Assembly (NCBI GenBank): GCA_036507895.1
Contig: DATCIG010000068.1
Span: 11,046-75,045 of the forward strand
DNA from: Coriobacteriia bacterium
GTDB lineage: Bacteria; Actinomycetota; Coriobacteriia; Anaerosomatales; PALSA-660
Length of the DNA: 64,000 bases
Reading direction: 5' to 3'
The position numbers and the translations under genes were made by a program. The notes beneath the pieces are model-generated. The model was not told where the DNA came from. It searched no databases and saw nothing but the letters and a program-made list of their open reading frames with translations. This document shows, one piece after another, positions 19,804-29,540 of this stretch (the first letter of the stretch is position 1; each line of letters opens with the position of its first letter).

Positions 19804-20646
19804 CTACTCGGCGCTCTCGACGACCACGGGCTCAGGCTCGACGGCGGCTTCGACCGCGGACGCGGGCGCAACCTCGAGCACGGGCTCAGCGACGGCTTCG
19901 GTCACGGGCGCCTCAGGCGCTGCGACGGGGGCCGGTGCGGCCTTCTCGGCGGCCGCCTGTGCGATCCCGGCACGGGCCTCGACGCAGGCATCAGCGAGAA
20001 CACGGGTGATCAGGTGGACCGAGCGGATCGCGTCGTCATTGCCCGGGATCACGAAGTCGACCTCGTCCGGATCGCAGTTGGTGTCGACGAGTCCGATGAT
20101 CGGGATGCGGAGGCGACGGCACTCAGCCACCGCGATGGCCTCACGCTTGGTGTCGATGATGAAGACCGCGCCGGGGAGTTCCTGCATGTCCCGGATGCCG
20201 GTCAGGTTGCGCTGCAGCTTCACGAGCTCCGCGCGCAGCTTGAGGGCCTCCTTCTTGGGGAGGACCGCCATACGCCCGTCGGCCTCCATGGCCTCCAGCG
20301 TCACCATGCGGGCGATGCGCTTGCGCATCGTCGCCCAGTTGGTCAGCATCCCGCCGAGCCAGCGCTGGCTGACGAACGGCATGCCGGCGCGTGCGGCCTC
20401 GGTCTCGACGGCTTCCTGCGCCTGCTTCTTGGTACCGATGAACATCACCGAGCGTCCCTGCGCGGCGATCGAGCGCACGAAACGGTGGGTAGCATCCAGT
20501 TCCCGCAGCGAGCGCTGCAGGTCGAGGATGTAGATGCCATTGCGCTCCGTGAAGATGTAGGGCTTCATCTTCGGGTTCCAACGGCGGGTCTGGTGTCCGA
20601 AGTGGACGCCTGCCTCGAGCAGGTCCTTCATTGCGACTACGGGCAT
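19804..20646 (-). CDS. rpsB: 30S ribosomal protein S2, with an Ala/Pro/Glu-rich C-terminal extension
   Basis: ORF 19804..20889 trimmed to ATG 20646 ([27 protein letters not shown]) behind AAGGAGG. Confidence 0.95.
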   Translation of the reverse strand: MPVVAMKDLLEAGVHFGHQTRRWNPKMKPYIFTERNGIYILDLQRSLRELDATHRFVRSIAAQGRSVMFIGTKKQAQEAVETEAARAGMPFVSQRWLGGMLTNWATMRKRIARMVTLEAMEADGRMAVLPKKEALKLRAELVKLQRNLTGIRDMQELPGAVFIIDTKREAIAVAECRRLRIPIIGLVDTNCDPDEVDFVIPGNDDAIRSVHLITRVLADACVEARAGIAQAAAEKAAPAPVAAPEAPVTEAVAEPVLEVAPASAVEAAVEPEPVVVESAE

Positions 20647-20791
20647 GGTGGTGCCTCCTTCTGTGGTTCGTCCTCCGCCCGGCGGCTTCCTAGAGGAACT
20701 GGTTCCACGTCGCGACCGCGTCCCTCGAACCTGGAGGGGGCGGCACCACGCGCCGTGGACCGGCGGGCGTGCGTATTTGAAGAGCCGGAGT

Positions 20792-20821
20792 AGTGTAGCA
20801 GAGGGGTCGCACAGGCGACAA
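20792..20821 (-). promoter_or_regulatory. candidate rpsB promoter (-35 TTGTCG, 18-nt spacer, extended -10 TGCTACACT)
   Basis: Read on the minus strand: TTGTCG at 20821..20816 and TACACT at 20797..20792. Implies a 5' UTR of about 139 nt. Confidence 0.4.
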
Positions 20822-20828
20822 ACGGCGC

Positions 20829-20850
20829 GCCCTCGACGGGGCCCGAGGGC
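20829..20850 (-). terminator. short hairpin immediately after whiG
   Basis: GCCCUCG-GGCCCCGU-CGAGGGC (7 bp), starting 1 nt after the stop. Only a weak U content follows. Confidence 0.4.
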
Positions 20851-20851
20851 T

Positions 20852-21640
20852 TCAGGCGATGTAGCCCGTTGCAGCGCGAAGACGTGCACGTAGCCGCATC
20901 ACGGCTTTCGTGTGCAGTTGACTAGCGCGTGATTCGGTGACGCCGAGGACCTGACCGATCTCCTTGAGTGGGAGCCCGTCGTAGTAATACAGCGCCACCA
21001 CGGTGCGTTCGCGTTCGGAGAGCTTCTCGATCGCGCCGGCGAGGATCTCTTTGATCTCCTCGGACTCGAAAGACGCAACGGGATCGGGTGCGCGCTCGTC
21101 CTTGACCACAGAGGCGAGCGTGCCTTTGTCGTCACGGTCGGAGTTGGGGGCCCATATCTCGTCGAATGAGACGATCGAGGTGTACGAGATCTTGGCGTAC
21201 GCATCCTGAAGGTCCTTGGACGAGATCCCGAGTTCGGCTGCCACCTCGGAGTCATCCGGGGTGCGGCTCAGCCTTCCCTCAAGGGTCGCGATGGCGTTCT
21301 CGATGTCGCGGGCGCGGGCGCGGACGCTGCGTGGGACCCAGTCCAAGGCGCGCAGTTCGTCGATGATCGCCCCGCGGATCCGCGAGATGGCGTATGTCTC
21401 GAACTTGATGCCGCGCTCGGTGTCGAACTTCTGGATCGCATCGATCAAGCCGAAGATGCCGTACGAGATCAGGTCGGCGCTCTCCACGGTGTTGGGGAGT
21501 TTGGTCGCAACACGCCCGGCGACGAACTTCACCAATGGTGAGTAGTTGAGGATCAGCTGCTCACGGGCCGCCTCGTCACGGGTGGCGGCATAGCGCTCCC
21601 ACAGTGAGGCCACGTCGTCCCGCTGTTGCGGGTGGTTCAT
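20852..21640 (-). CDS. whiG: FliA/WhiG family RNA polymerase sigma factor
   Basis: 262 aa. Region 2 is [14 protein letters not shown] and the region 4 HTH is [22 protein letters not shown]. Its position between xerC and rpsB matches actinobacterial whiG synteny. Confidence 0.85.
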   Translation of the reverse strand: MNHPQQRDDVASLWERYAATRDEAAREQLILNYSPLVKFVAGRVATKLPNTVESADLISYGIFGLIDAIQKFDTERGIKFETYAISRIRGAIIDELRALDWVPRSVRARARDIENAIATLEGRLSRTPDDSEVAAELGISSKDLQDAYAKISYTSIVSFDEIWAPNSDRDDKGTLASVVKDERAPDPVASFESEEIKEILAGAIEKLSERERTVVALYYYDGLPLKEIGQVLGVTESRASQLHTKAVMRLRARLRAATGYIA

Positions 21641-21667
21641 GCGAGCGGCCCCTTCGACAAAGTAACG

Positions 21668-22567
21668 TCAGGCACGTGGGTGCGCATCCCCATGCACCCG
21701 TTGGAGTCGTTGTACCCCGAGGTGAGTGTAGAGCTGGGTCGTGGACAGGGCAACATGGCCCAGCAGGTCCTGTACGGTGCGCAGGTCCGCCCCCGCCTCC
21801 AGGAGGTGGGTCGCGAACGTGTGGCGGAAGGTGTGCGGCGTGACGCCGGAAGCGGCGCCGACGGCGTCAAGGTGCCGTCGCAGCATCCTCCGGACCCCGC
21901 CGTCGGTCAGGCGCGTGCCCGCACGATTGAGGAAGACTGCCCTTTCGGTCCCGCTCGGATGCAGCTCGGACCGCCCTTCGTTCAAGTAGCGACCAAGGCG
22001 AGACACCGCTTCCCTGTGCAGGGGCAGGATGCGCTGCTTGTCGCCCTTGCCCGTAACGCGTATCTGTCCGACCGTGAGGTCGACGTCGCCCATGTCGAGG
22101 GATGCCAGCTCGCTCACGCGTGCACCCGTCGCGTAGAGCAGCTCGAGGATCGTCCGATCACGAAGATCGGAGGGGGTTTCGGTCCCGGGGGCGTCAAGGA
22201 GCGCGGAGAGCACGTCGGTCGGCACGAGACGCGGCAGGCGTGCGGGCAGCTTCGGCGAGGCCACGACGGACGCCGGGTCGTATGCGATCGTCCCTTCCCG
22301 ATTGAGGTAGGCGAACAGCGAGCGGACGGCCGACAGGCGGCGTGCGATGGTGCTGCGAGCGTACTTGGCCCGGTCGAGTTCCGCGAGGTAGCGGCGCAGG
22401 ATGCGGGGGTCGGCGCCCAGCGGGTCCGCGCCTGAACGTTCGGCCCACTCGAGGTATCGCGCCAGGTCGGAGGAGTAGGCCCGCACGGTCTGGGGCGACG
22501 CGTTGCGCTCCGAAACGAGATGCTGCAGGAAGCGGTCGACAAGCTCTCCGGCCGATGGCGCGTTCAC
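21668..22567 (-). CDS. xerC: tyrosine recombinase XerC (chromosome dimer resolution)
   Basis: ORF 21668..23146 trimmed to GTG 22567 (GTGA overlap with the trmFO stop), giving 299 aa. Catalytic residues lie in ARVSELASL, HTFRHTFATHLL and GH...TTQLYTH. Confidence 0.9.
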   Translation of the reverse strand: MNAPSAGELVDRFLQHLVSERNASPQTVRAYSSDLARYLEWAERSGADPLGADPRILRRYLAELDRAKYARSTIARRLSAVRSLFAYLNREGTIAYDPASVVASPKLPARLPRLVPTDVLSALLDAPGTETPSDLRDRTILELLYATGARVSELASLDMGDVDLTVGQIRVTGKGDKQRILPLHREAVSRLGRYLNEGRSELHPSGTERAVFLNRAGTRLTDGGVRRMLRRHLDAVGAASGVTPHTFRHTFATHLLEAGADLRTVQDLLGHVALSTTQLYTHLGVQRLQRVHGDAHPRA

Positions 22568-23967
22568 GTCGCCACGGCCCCGGGGAGTGCATCGCGGACC
22601 GCGACGATCCCCAACTCGTCGTGGACTTCCAACCAGCCGGTCATCGCCACGGCCGCGCGCGCGGCATGAGCAGCGTAGCGCTCCCGCTTGCCCCGGACCG
22701 GAGGGCAGAGCGGGGGCAACAGGCCGATGTTGACGTGCATCGGCTGGTACGGGTCCGTAGCGGGATCGGTCGCGTACCCGATCAGCGAACCGATCGCGGT
22801 CTCTGCAGGCAGACGGATTGGATGGGACATCTCCGGACACACGATGCCCAGTGCGGCGACGAGACCGCTTGCGGCGGCCTCCAGGTAACCTTCGGTGCCT
22901 GCCAGTTGTCCTGCGATCCTGATCCGCGGACACGAGCGCAGCGTGAGATCGGAATCGAGAAGGCGTGGCGCGTCGACGAAGGTGTTGCGATGCATGACGC
23001 CGTATCGCAGGAACTCGGCGTCCCGGAGACCGGGGATCATCCGGAATACGCGCGCTTGCTCGGAGAAGGTCAGGTTCGTCTGGAAGCCCACCAGGTTGTA
23101 TGCCGTCTGCTCGCGGTTCTCCGCTCTCAACTGAACGACTGCCCACGGTCGCAGCCCCGTGGATGGATCCGTGAGGCCGACCGGTTTCATCGCCCCGAAT
23201 CTCGGCGCATCGAGGCCGCGGCGGGCAACCTCCTCGGCCGGCTGGCAGGCGTAGAACAGTTCGGCCTGTTCGAAATCCTTCGCGGTCACACGCTCCGCGC
23301 CCGTCAGGGCGGCGATGAACGCTTCGTATTGGCTGCGATCCATCGGGCAGTTGAGATAGTCGGCTCCCCCACCCTTGTCGTAACGCGACTGGGCGAAGAC
23401 CACGGACATGTCGATCGTGGAGGCGTCCACGATCGGTGCTGCGGCGTCGAAGAATGCCAGCCGGTCCGCTCCGGTGAGCTCCAGCAGTGCGGGCTCAAGG
23501 CCTGCGCTCGTCAGCGGGCCGGTCGCGATGATCACGTCCCCTTCAGGAACAGACCGTGCTTCTTCGCGCACCAACTCGATCTCCGGGCGCGCGGTGATGG
23601 ACTGCGTCAACAGAGTGGAGAATGCCGTGCGGTCGACCGCAAGCGCTCCACCCGCGGCCACCGCTGTGGCGCGAGCGCACGCGAGCACGACGCTGCCCAG
23701 AGTCTCGAGTTCGCGCTTGAGCATGCCGGCGGCCGTGGCGGGATCGTCCGACTTCAGCGAGTTGGAGCACACCAGCTCGCCGAGCTGATCGGTGTGGTGG
23801 GCAGGGGCGGATACCACGGGGCGCATCTCGATGAGCTTCACGTGGATGCCGCGGATCGCCAGCTGGTAGGCGGCTTCGCTGCCTGCGAGGCCGCCACCTA
23901 TCACGGTGATGGTGCGCTGCACGCGCTCTCCCGGTCTTGTGGGCGGTGGTGGCGCGTGGTGGGCCAC
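22564..23967 (-). CDS. trmFO: methylenetetrahydrofolate--tRNA-(uracil54-C5)-methyltransferase TrmFO
   Basis: 467 aa with the FAD fold ITVIGGGLAGSEAAYQLA and LVCSNSLKS. The start may lie a few codons downstream. Confidence 0.9.
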   Translation of the reverse strand: MAHHAPPPPTRPGERVQRTITVIGGGLAGSEAAYQLAIRGIHVKLIEMRPVVSAPAHHTDQLGELVCSNSLKSDDPATAAGMLKRELETLGSVVLACARATAVAAGGALAVDRTAFSTLLTQSITARPEIELVREEARSVPEGDVIIATGPLTSAGLEPALLELTGADRLAFFDAAAPIVDASTIDMSVVFAQSRYDKGGGADYLNCPMDRSQYEAFIAALTGAERVTAKDFEQAELFYACQPAEEVARRGLDAPRFGAMKPVGLTDPSTGLRPWAVVQLRAENREQTAYNLVGFQTNLTFSEQARVFRMIPGLRDAEFLRYGVMHRNTFVDAPRLLDSDLTLRSCPRIRIAGQLAGTEGYLEAAASGLVAALGIVCPEMSHPIRLPAETAIGSLIGYATDPATDPYQPMHVNIGLLPPLCPPVRGKRERYAAHAARAAVAMTGWLEVHDELGIVAVRDALPGAVAT

Positions 23968-23988
23968 GCGCGCTGAACGATTGTAGCG

Positions 23989-24882
23989 TCACCGTCGCAT
24001 GCATGGTCCGTACCTGCCGTCGGGGTACCGCGCGACCGCTCCGGCCGACTCAAGGAGCGCGACGGCGCGCAGGGCCTCCGCTGCATCGAGCCCCAGCGAA
24101 GTGACGAGGCGGTCGAGTGCGACAGGTTCGGCCAATATCGCCCTCAGTACCGGGTCTGTCGACTCCGTGGCGAGTCTTTCGTCGTCCGCTCCGATGCATC
24201 GTGGCGTGTCCTCGCCCAGGAGTCCCGCCGCCCACAGTGAGTCGAGCAGGTCCTCGTCACAACACACCGGAGCGGCGCCTTGGCGTATCAGGCGGTTGCA
24301 GCCGGCAGAGCCGCTGAAGAACACGCTGCCGGGAACCGCCAGTACGTCGCGCCCTGCCTCCAGGGCATGGTCAGCTGTCGAGAAGGTGCCGCTCGGCAGT
24401 GCCGCCTCCACGACGAGAACCGCCGATGACAGCCCGGCGATGATCCGATTGCGGGCGGGAAAGTGGCCGCGCGCAGGCGGCATCCCCCAAGGGAACTCCG
24501 AGACCACTACGCCGGCGCCGCTGCGCAGGGTGTCGAGAAGATCACGAGCGCGCGCGGGGTAGTCGATGTCCGCGCCGCAGCCCAGCACGGCGACCGACCG
24601 GCCACCCGCCTCGAGTGCGGCGCGTTGAGCTGCCTGGTCGCACCCCATCGCGGCGCCGGAGATCACGACGACGCCCTCGCGTGCGGCTCGGCGCGCGAAC
24701 CATGCGGCGCAGTCCAGCCCGTAGGGCGTGGCTTTCCGGGAGCCGATGATCGCCAGCCCCGGACACAGAGTGCTCGCGTCTCCGATCCCGTAGAGCGTTC
24801 GGGGCGGCCGGGGCGTCATCGCGAGTTGCGCAGGATACCCGTCTTCTCCCAACCGCAGCACGAAGCGGCAGTCGCCGCTCAC
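23989..24882 (-). CDS. dprA: DNA-processing protein DprA
   Basis: 297 aa with LAIIGSRKATPYG and VVISGAAMGCDQAAQRAALEAGG. GTGA overlap with the comM stop. Confidence 0.9.
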   Translation of the reverse strand: MSGDCRFVLRLGEDGYPAQLAMTPRPPRTLYGIGDASTLCPGLAIIGSRKATPYGLDCAAWFARRAAREGVVVISGAAMGCDQAAQRAALEAGGRSVAVLGCGADIDYPARARDLLDTLRSGAGVVVSEFPWGMPPARGHFPARNRIIAGLSSAVLVVEAALPSGTFSTADHALEAGRDVLAVPGSVFFSGSAGCNRLIRQGAAPVCCDEDLLDSLWAAGLLGEDTPRCIGADDERLATESTDPVLRAILAEPVALDRLVTSLGLDAAEALRAVALLESAGAVARYPDGRYGPCMRR

Positions 24883-26354
24883 TGGAGGGCCCGGTAACAG
24901 GATGCTTCCAGCACGTGCTTCTCTTCCACCGAAGGATCGCCGTCGAGGTCGGCGATGGTTCGCGCCACTCTGAGTAAGCGGGTCACGCCGCGACCCGACA
25001 GCCGGTGTACGCGCGCCGCCGCCTCAACCGCTTTGCGTGATGCGCCGTCCAGCGCGCAGGCTCGCAGGAGAGCGGCACCGGTGGGCGGCAGCCGGGGTCG
25101 CCCACGTGCCTGCGACCAAGCCCGCGCCTCGGACACCCTCAGGCGCACGGCCGCGCTGGGCTCGTCCGACGAGCCCCTGAGCATGCATGCGGGATCGATG
25201 CGATCGACGCGCAGTGTCATGTCGATGCGGTCCATGAGCGGACCGCCGATACGCGCTCGATAGCGGTCCACGAGCGCCGGCTGGCATGTGCACTGTCGTG
25301 CGAGGTCGCCCAGATAGCCACACGGACATGGGTTCATCGCCGCCACCAAGGCGAAGCGGGCAGGGTAGCGCACCCGCCCCTCGGCACGAACGAGCGTCAG
25401 GTAGCCATCTTCGAGAGGCTGCCGCAAGGCTTGGAGGGCCGACGGAGAGAACTCCGGGATCTCATCCAGGAAGAGGACGCCGTTGTGCGCGAGGCTCACC
25501 TCGCCCGGGCGAGGTGGGGATCCTCCACCGACCAACCCGGCCGTGGATGCGGTGTGATGCGGTGCGCGGAACGGTCGAACGCCTCCAAGCACCGGGGCGG
25601 CATCGAGGCCCGCGACCGAGTGGACGACCGCGGACTCGAGCGCTTCGTGTTCCGTCAGCGCCGGGAGGATCCCTGACAGCCGGCGGGCCAGCATCGTCTT
25701 GCCCGCGCCCGGGGGTCCGATGAGCAACAGTCCGAGCCCTCCCGCTGCCGCGATCTCAAGCGCACGTTTTGCCGCAGGCTGTCCATGTACCTCGGCAAGG
25801 TCGGGGACATCATCGAACCGCGGTGCGATGACCGGCGGGGCGCTGCGTTCCTCAGGAAGACCGCGGCGCAACTCGGCGATGCTGGTCAACGGTCGGACCG
25901 AGACGCCGGGAACCGCGGAGACCACCGGCAACGCGGAGAGGGACACGAGCAGAGGGAGCGCCCGGCTGCGCGCCGCGATCGCATGCGCGAGCAGGCCCGG
26001 TACCTCGCGAACGCTGCCGTCGAGCGCGAGTTCGCCGACGGCTACGGCTTCGGCGGTGCTTTGTGGGACCTGTCGTGTGGCGGCCAGCACCCCAAGGGCG
26101 ATGGGCAGGTCGAAACCCGCGCCATGCTTGCGCACGGGTGAGGGTGCGAGGTTGACGGTCACCCGCGCCGTCGGGAAGTCGAATCCGCAGGCACGGATCG
26201 CGGCTCGAACGCGGTCGCGCGCTTCCAGGACAGCGGTGTCACCGAGCCCCACGATCAAGAAGGCAGGCAGGCCCGGCGAGACGTCCACCTGGACCTCCAC
26301 CGGGATCGCCTCGACTCCCACGATGGTGGACGATGCCACGACGGACTGGGTCAC
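24879..26354 (-). CDS. comM: YifB/ComM family Mg-chelatase-like ATPase
   Basis: 491 aa with an N-terminal Lon-like domain, Walker A LLLIGPPGAGKTMLARRL and Walker B GVLFLDEIPEF. Confidence 0.9.
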   Translation of the reverse strand: MTQSVVASSTIVGVEAIPVEVQVDVSPGLPAFLIVGLGDTAVLEARDRVRAAIRACGFDFPTARVTVNLAPSPVRKHGAGFDLPIALGVLAATRQVPQSTAEAVAVGELALDGSVREVPGLLAHAIAARSRALPLLVSLSALPVVSAVPGVSVRPLTSIAELRRGLPEERSAPPVIAPRFDDVPDLAEVHGQPAAKRALEIAAAGGLGLLLIGPPGAGKTMLARRLSGILPALTEHEALESAVVHSVAGLDAAPVLGGVRPFRAPHHTASTAGLVGGGSPPRPGEVSLAHNGVLFLDEIPEFSPSALQALRQPLEDGYLTLVRAEGRVRYPARFALVAAMNPCPCGYLGDLARQCTCQPALVDRYRARIGGPLMDRIDMTLRVDRIDPACMLRGSSDEPSAAVRLRVSEARAWSQARGRPRLPPTGAALLRACALDGASRKAVEAAARVHRLSGRGVTRLLRVARTIADLDGDPSVEEKHVLEASCYRALQ

Positions 26355-26716
26355 AGTGCGACCCCGAACGCATCCCGGTAGTGGCGAAGCAGGGCACGGT
26401 CCACCCCGAGCACTTTGATCGCGACCACGTCGAAGCGCAATGCCTCCGGTGCCTCGGGATGAACAACGAGGTATGACTTGGCCACCCGCGCGACCTGGCG
26501 CTGTTTTGTCGGAGACACCGCGTCCTCGGCCGTCCCCGCGCGCTCGGAGCGACGGGTCTTCACCTCTACGAAGACGAGTGTGTCTCCCTCACGAGCGACG
26601 ATATCGATCTCACCAGCGGGACACCGCCAGTTCCTGTCGTCGATCGTCATTCCCACGCGCTCGAGGAACGCTACTGCAGCATCTTCTCCGCGCCGGGCAA
26701 TCTCTGAACGGTCCAT
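26351..26716 (-). CDS. yraN: YraN (UPF0102) family endonuclease-like protein
   Basis: ORF 26351..26740 trimmed to ATG 26716 behind GGAGGTGG. Contains EIDIVAREGDTLVFVEVKTR. Confidence 0.8.
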   Translation of the reverse strand: MDRSEIARRGEDAAVAFLERVGMTIDDRNWRCPAGEIDIVAREGDTLVFVEVKTRRSERAGTAEDAVSPTKQRQVARVAKSYLVVHPEAPEALRFDVVAIKVLGVDRALLRHYRDAFGVAL

Positions 26717-26824
26717 GACCGCACCACCTCCGCGAACCATGCTCGCGGAGGGTCCTTAACACGGGGCAAACCCTATCCGACCAGATCGTGTCCAAGATCT
26801 TGTGACCACAAGATACGAAGAGTG

Positions 26825-27613
26825 CTAGAGCAACCGACCCTGCTCGGAGCACGGCGCAAAGGAAAGCCGGTGGATCGCGGAGGGCCCGACCCTCAGGAGG
26901 CGCTCCATGTGTTCGGCAGCACCGTAGCCCTTGTTGAAATCGAAGCCGTAGCCCGGATACTCGTCGGCGAATGCGACCATCAGCGAGTCCCTCGCGACCT
27001 TGGCGATGACCGAGGCCGCAGCGATGGATCCGACGCTCGAGTCGCCGCGCACGATCGGAGTCGACGGGACGGTCAGCCCCCTCGCGTCGTTCCCATCGAT
27101 CAGGACGTGGTCGACCGCGATACCCAATCCCTCGAGCGCCCTGGCCCATGCGAGCCGTGTGGCCGGACCGATCCCGATCGAGTCGATCTCCTTGGGGCCG
27201 ACGTGAGCCACCGACCATGCGAGTGCGGTCGACCTCACGGACGCCGCGACCCTCTCGCGAGCGACCGGAGACAGGAGCTTCGAGTCGTTGAGTCCGTCGA
27301 TACGTGTGTCGATGTGCAAGATGACCGCACCGGCGGTCACGGGGCCTGCGAGCGCTCCCCTGCCCACCTCATCGATCCCCGCCACAACGAGCAAGCCCTG
27401 CTCGAGGAGTTCTTGCTGTGCGTCCATCAACCGATCGAGCCGCTCGGACTCGCGTTGCCGACGCGCGAGACGCGCCCGCGTACCCGCAAGCAGGGATCGG
27501 ACGCCCGCCCGCTGATCGTCGCGAAGCGCGGTCATCAGAGTCTCGAGTTCGATGCCGGTTGCCTGCTCGAGGGCCGCTCTGACCTCCGCTATGGAGCGCA
27601 CACTTCCACTCAT
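26825..27613 (-). CDS. rnhB: ribonuclease HII
   Basis: 262 aa with VAGIDEVGRGALAGPV and DSKLL, plus an N-terminal extension of about 75 aa. Confidence 0.9.
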   Translation of the reverse strand: MSGSVRSIAEVRAALEQATGIELETLMTALRDDQRAGVRSLLAGTRARLARRQRESERLDRLMDAQQELLEQGLLVVAGIDEVGRGALAGPVTAGAVILHIDTRIDGLNDSKLLSPVARERVAASVRSTALAWSVAHVGPKEIDSIGIGPATRLAWARALEGLGIAVDHVLIDGNDARGLTVPSTPIVRGDSSVGSIAAASVIAKVARDSLMVAFADEYPGYGFDFNKGYGAAEHMERLLRVGPSAIHRLSFAPCSEQGRLL

Positions 27614-27641
27614 GTCGCCCTCGGTCTGTAGTGGAAACAGC

Positions 27642-27677
27642 GACGCGCTCCTCGCCCATAAAGGGCGGGAGCGCGTC
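27642..27677 (-). terminator. hairpin after rplS
   Basis: GACGCGCUCCCGCCC-UUUAU-GGGCG(A)GGAGCGCGUC (15 bp with one bulge), followed by GCUGUUUCC. Confidence 0.55.
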
Positions 27678-27718
27678 GACTCGGATCAATGATGGAACGG
27701 CCCCGCATCGCCACAGCC

Positions 27719-28063
27719 CTAGAAGCGCTTCTCCTTGAGGCGGGCCTTCTTGCCGATCTTGTCGCGCAGGAAGTAGAGCTTGGAGCGGCGGACCTTGCCG
27801 CGGCTGACGATCTCGACCTTGTCGATCTTGGGCGAGTGCACGGGGAACATGCGCTCGACGCCGACAGCGAACGAGATCTTGCGAACGGTGAACGTCTCGC
27901 GGGCACCGGCGCCGTGGCGACGGATGACGACGCCCTGGAACACCTGGATGCGCTCGCGCGTACCCTCGATGATGCGGTAGTGCACCTTGACGGTGTCACC
28001 GACCTGGAATGCGTCTCTGTCCTCGCGCAGCTGCTGCGCTTCGAGTGCTCTGATCTGATCCAT
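27719..28063 (-). CDS. rplS: 50S ribosomal protein L19
   Basis: ORF 27719..28126 trimmed to ATG 28063 ([12 protein letters not shown]...[29 protein letters not shown]). Confidence 0.95.
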   Translation of the reverse strand: MDQIRALEAQQLREDRDAFQVGDTVKVHYRIIEGTRERIQVFQGVVIRRHGAGARETFTVRKISFAVGVERMFPVHSPKIDKVEIVSRGKVRRSKLYFLRDKIGKKARLKEKRF

Positions 28064-28134
28064 GGCCTTGGTCTCGTCCCTATCTGATGTAAGCGAGGTG
28101 CGCTGGCGCACCGGCGGTAGTGACACGAGTGGAT

Positions 28135-28163
28135 AGTATAGCGGCGCGTCGGGTGGCAGGCAA
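28135..28163 (-). promoter_or_regulatory. candidate rplS promoter (-35 TTGCCT, 17 nt, -10 TATACT)
   Basis: On the minus strand, TTGCCT at 28163..28158 and TATACT at 28140..28135. The resulting leader of about 65 nt contains the small hairpin GGUGCGC-CA-GCGCACC. Confidence 0.45.
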
Positions 28164-28201
28164 CGACAAAACGCGCGGGTCTTGCTTCATCGACCTACGG
28201 G

Positions 28202-28786
28202 TCAGCGCAGATCCCCGATGCGTGCCCATGGCCAGTAGATGAAGAAGGCCTTTCCATGGACCGCCGACAGCGATACGGCGCCGAACCAGCGGCTGTCCTG
28301 GCTCTGCGTGCGGTTGTCGCCCATGACCCATACCGAGTCCGCCGGGATCTTGTACGGCATGGGCAGAGGACCCAGCTCGTTGGGCTGACCATGGGTATAC
28401 GGCTCGACGAGCGCGGTGCCGTCGATCCATACCTTGCCGTCACGGATATCCACGGTCTGGCCGCCTGTGGCGATCACGCGCTTGATGAGCGTGCCCACCT
28501 GCCCGGTCGGATCGTCCAGCACCACGATGTCACCCCGCACGGGCGGTCGGAACCGGAGGATGAACTTGTTGGCGAGTACCTGGTCGCTCAGCTGGATCGT
28601 TGGCAGCATCGAACCCGTTGGCACCACGAAGGGCTGGATCACCCAGGTGCGGACCGCCTGTGCGACCGCGAACGCGATCGCGAGTGTCACGAGGAACTCG
28701 GCTATCTGGCGCCCTGCGCTCTGCGTCTTGGGAGCGGTCGACTCGGGATTCTCGTCGACAGGCTTGGTCGTCACTTCCGGGGTCAC
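28202..28786 (-). CDS. lepB: signal peptidase I
   Basis: 194 aa with the Ser box [10 protein letters not shown], the Lys box [12 protein letters not shown] and [15 protein letters not shown] overlap with the trmD stop. Confidence 0.9.
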   Translation of the reverse strand: MTPEVTTKPVDENPESTAPKTQSAGRQIAEFLVTLAIAFAVAQAVRTWVIQPFVVPTGSMLPTIQLSDQVLANKFILRFRPPVRGDIVVLDDPTGQVGTLIKRVIATGGQTVDIRDGKVWIDGTALVEPYTHGQPNELGPLPMPYKIPADSVWVMGDNRTQSQDSRWFGAVSLSAVHGKAFFIYWPWARIGDLR

Positions 28787-29535
28787 TCGTCCTCCATACC
28801 GTCGCGCAGCGCTTCACGGATCATGACACGCTCCTGATCAGTCAGTCCGGCGCGCTCGCCCTCGAGGAGATCGGGCCGTCGGTTTGCGGTACGTAGCAGC
28901 GCCTGCTCTCGACGCCACTTAGCGATCCGTGCATGGTCGCCCGAGCGCAGTACCTCGGGGACACTCAGGCCACGATACTCCGCGGGCCGCGTGTAGTGAG
29001 GATACTCGAGCAGCCCGGTGGTGAACGACTCGTCCTCGATCGAGGTGTCGCCGCCCAGGACTCCCGGGAGCAGCCGCGTGACCGCATCGGACACGACCAT
29101 GGCCGCCAACTCGCCGCCGGTCAGGACGTAGTCTCCGATGGAGATCTCCAGGTCAGCCAGTGACCGGATACGCTCGTCAAAGCCCTCGTAACGGCCGCAG
29201 ACGAGGATCAGGCGTCCATGAGCCGCAAGACGCTCTGCACACGCCTGGTCGAATGGTTGACCCTGCGGACTCATGAGTACGACGAGAGGTTCGCGCCCGT
29301 CCATCGCCGTGACGGCCTCGATCGCGTCGAACACCGGCTCCGGGCGCAGAACCATCCCGGAACCGCCCCCGTACGGAGAATCGTCGATCTGGCGATGTAC
29401 GCCGGGCAGTGCCCAGTCGCGCAAGTCGTGTGCCTCGAACTCGAGAGCGCCTTTGTTGCGGGCGATCCCGAGCATCCCGGACCCCATGACGGGCTCGAAG
29501 ACCTCGGGAAACGCTGAGATCACATCGATCCGCAT
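28783..29535 (-). CDS. trmD: tRNA (guanine37-N1)-methyltransferase
   Basis: 250 aa with [13 protein letters not shown] and [14 protein letters not shown]. Confidence 0.95.
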   Translation of the reverse strand: MRIDVISAFPEVFEPVMGSGMLGIARNKGALEFEAHDLRDWALPGVHRQIDDSPYGGGSGMVLRPEPVFDAIEAVTAMDGREPLVVLMSPQGQPFDQACAERLAAHGRLILVCGRYEGFDERIRSLADLEISIGDYVLTGGELAAMVVSDAVTRLLPGVLGGDTSIEDESFTTGLLEYPHYTRPAEYRGLSVPEVLRSGDHARIAKWRREQALLRTANRRPDLLEGERAGLTDQERVMIREALRDGMEDE

Positions 29536-29540
29536 GGAGG

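Noticed and set aside
20852-21640. A FliA/WhiG sigma factor as a hint of a flagellar/chemotaxis or sporulation island.
   Set aside because: No flagellar, chemotaxis or developmental genes are adjacent. The gene occupies the position typical of actinobacterial whiG next to rpsB. Nothing more can be inferred from this window.
21668-22567. A tyrosine recombinase that could mark an integrated mobile element.
   Set aside because: It sits in the conserved dprA-trmFO-xerC-whiG-rpsB core context. There is no flanking tRNA, direct repeat, or phage or transposon gene. The sequence fits chromosomal XerC.
23989-26716. dprA-comM-yraN as a possible horizontally acquired competence island.
   Set aside because: The trio is a widely conserved chromosomal arrangement downstream of rnhB. 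Composition and coupling (4-nt overlaps) match the surrounding core genes.
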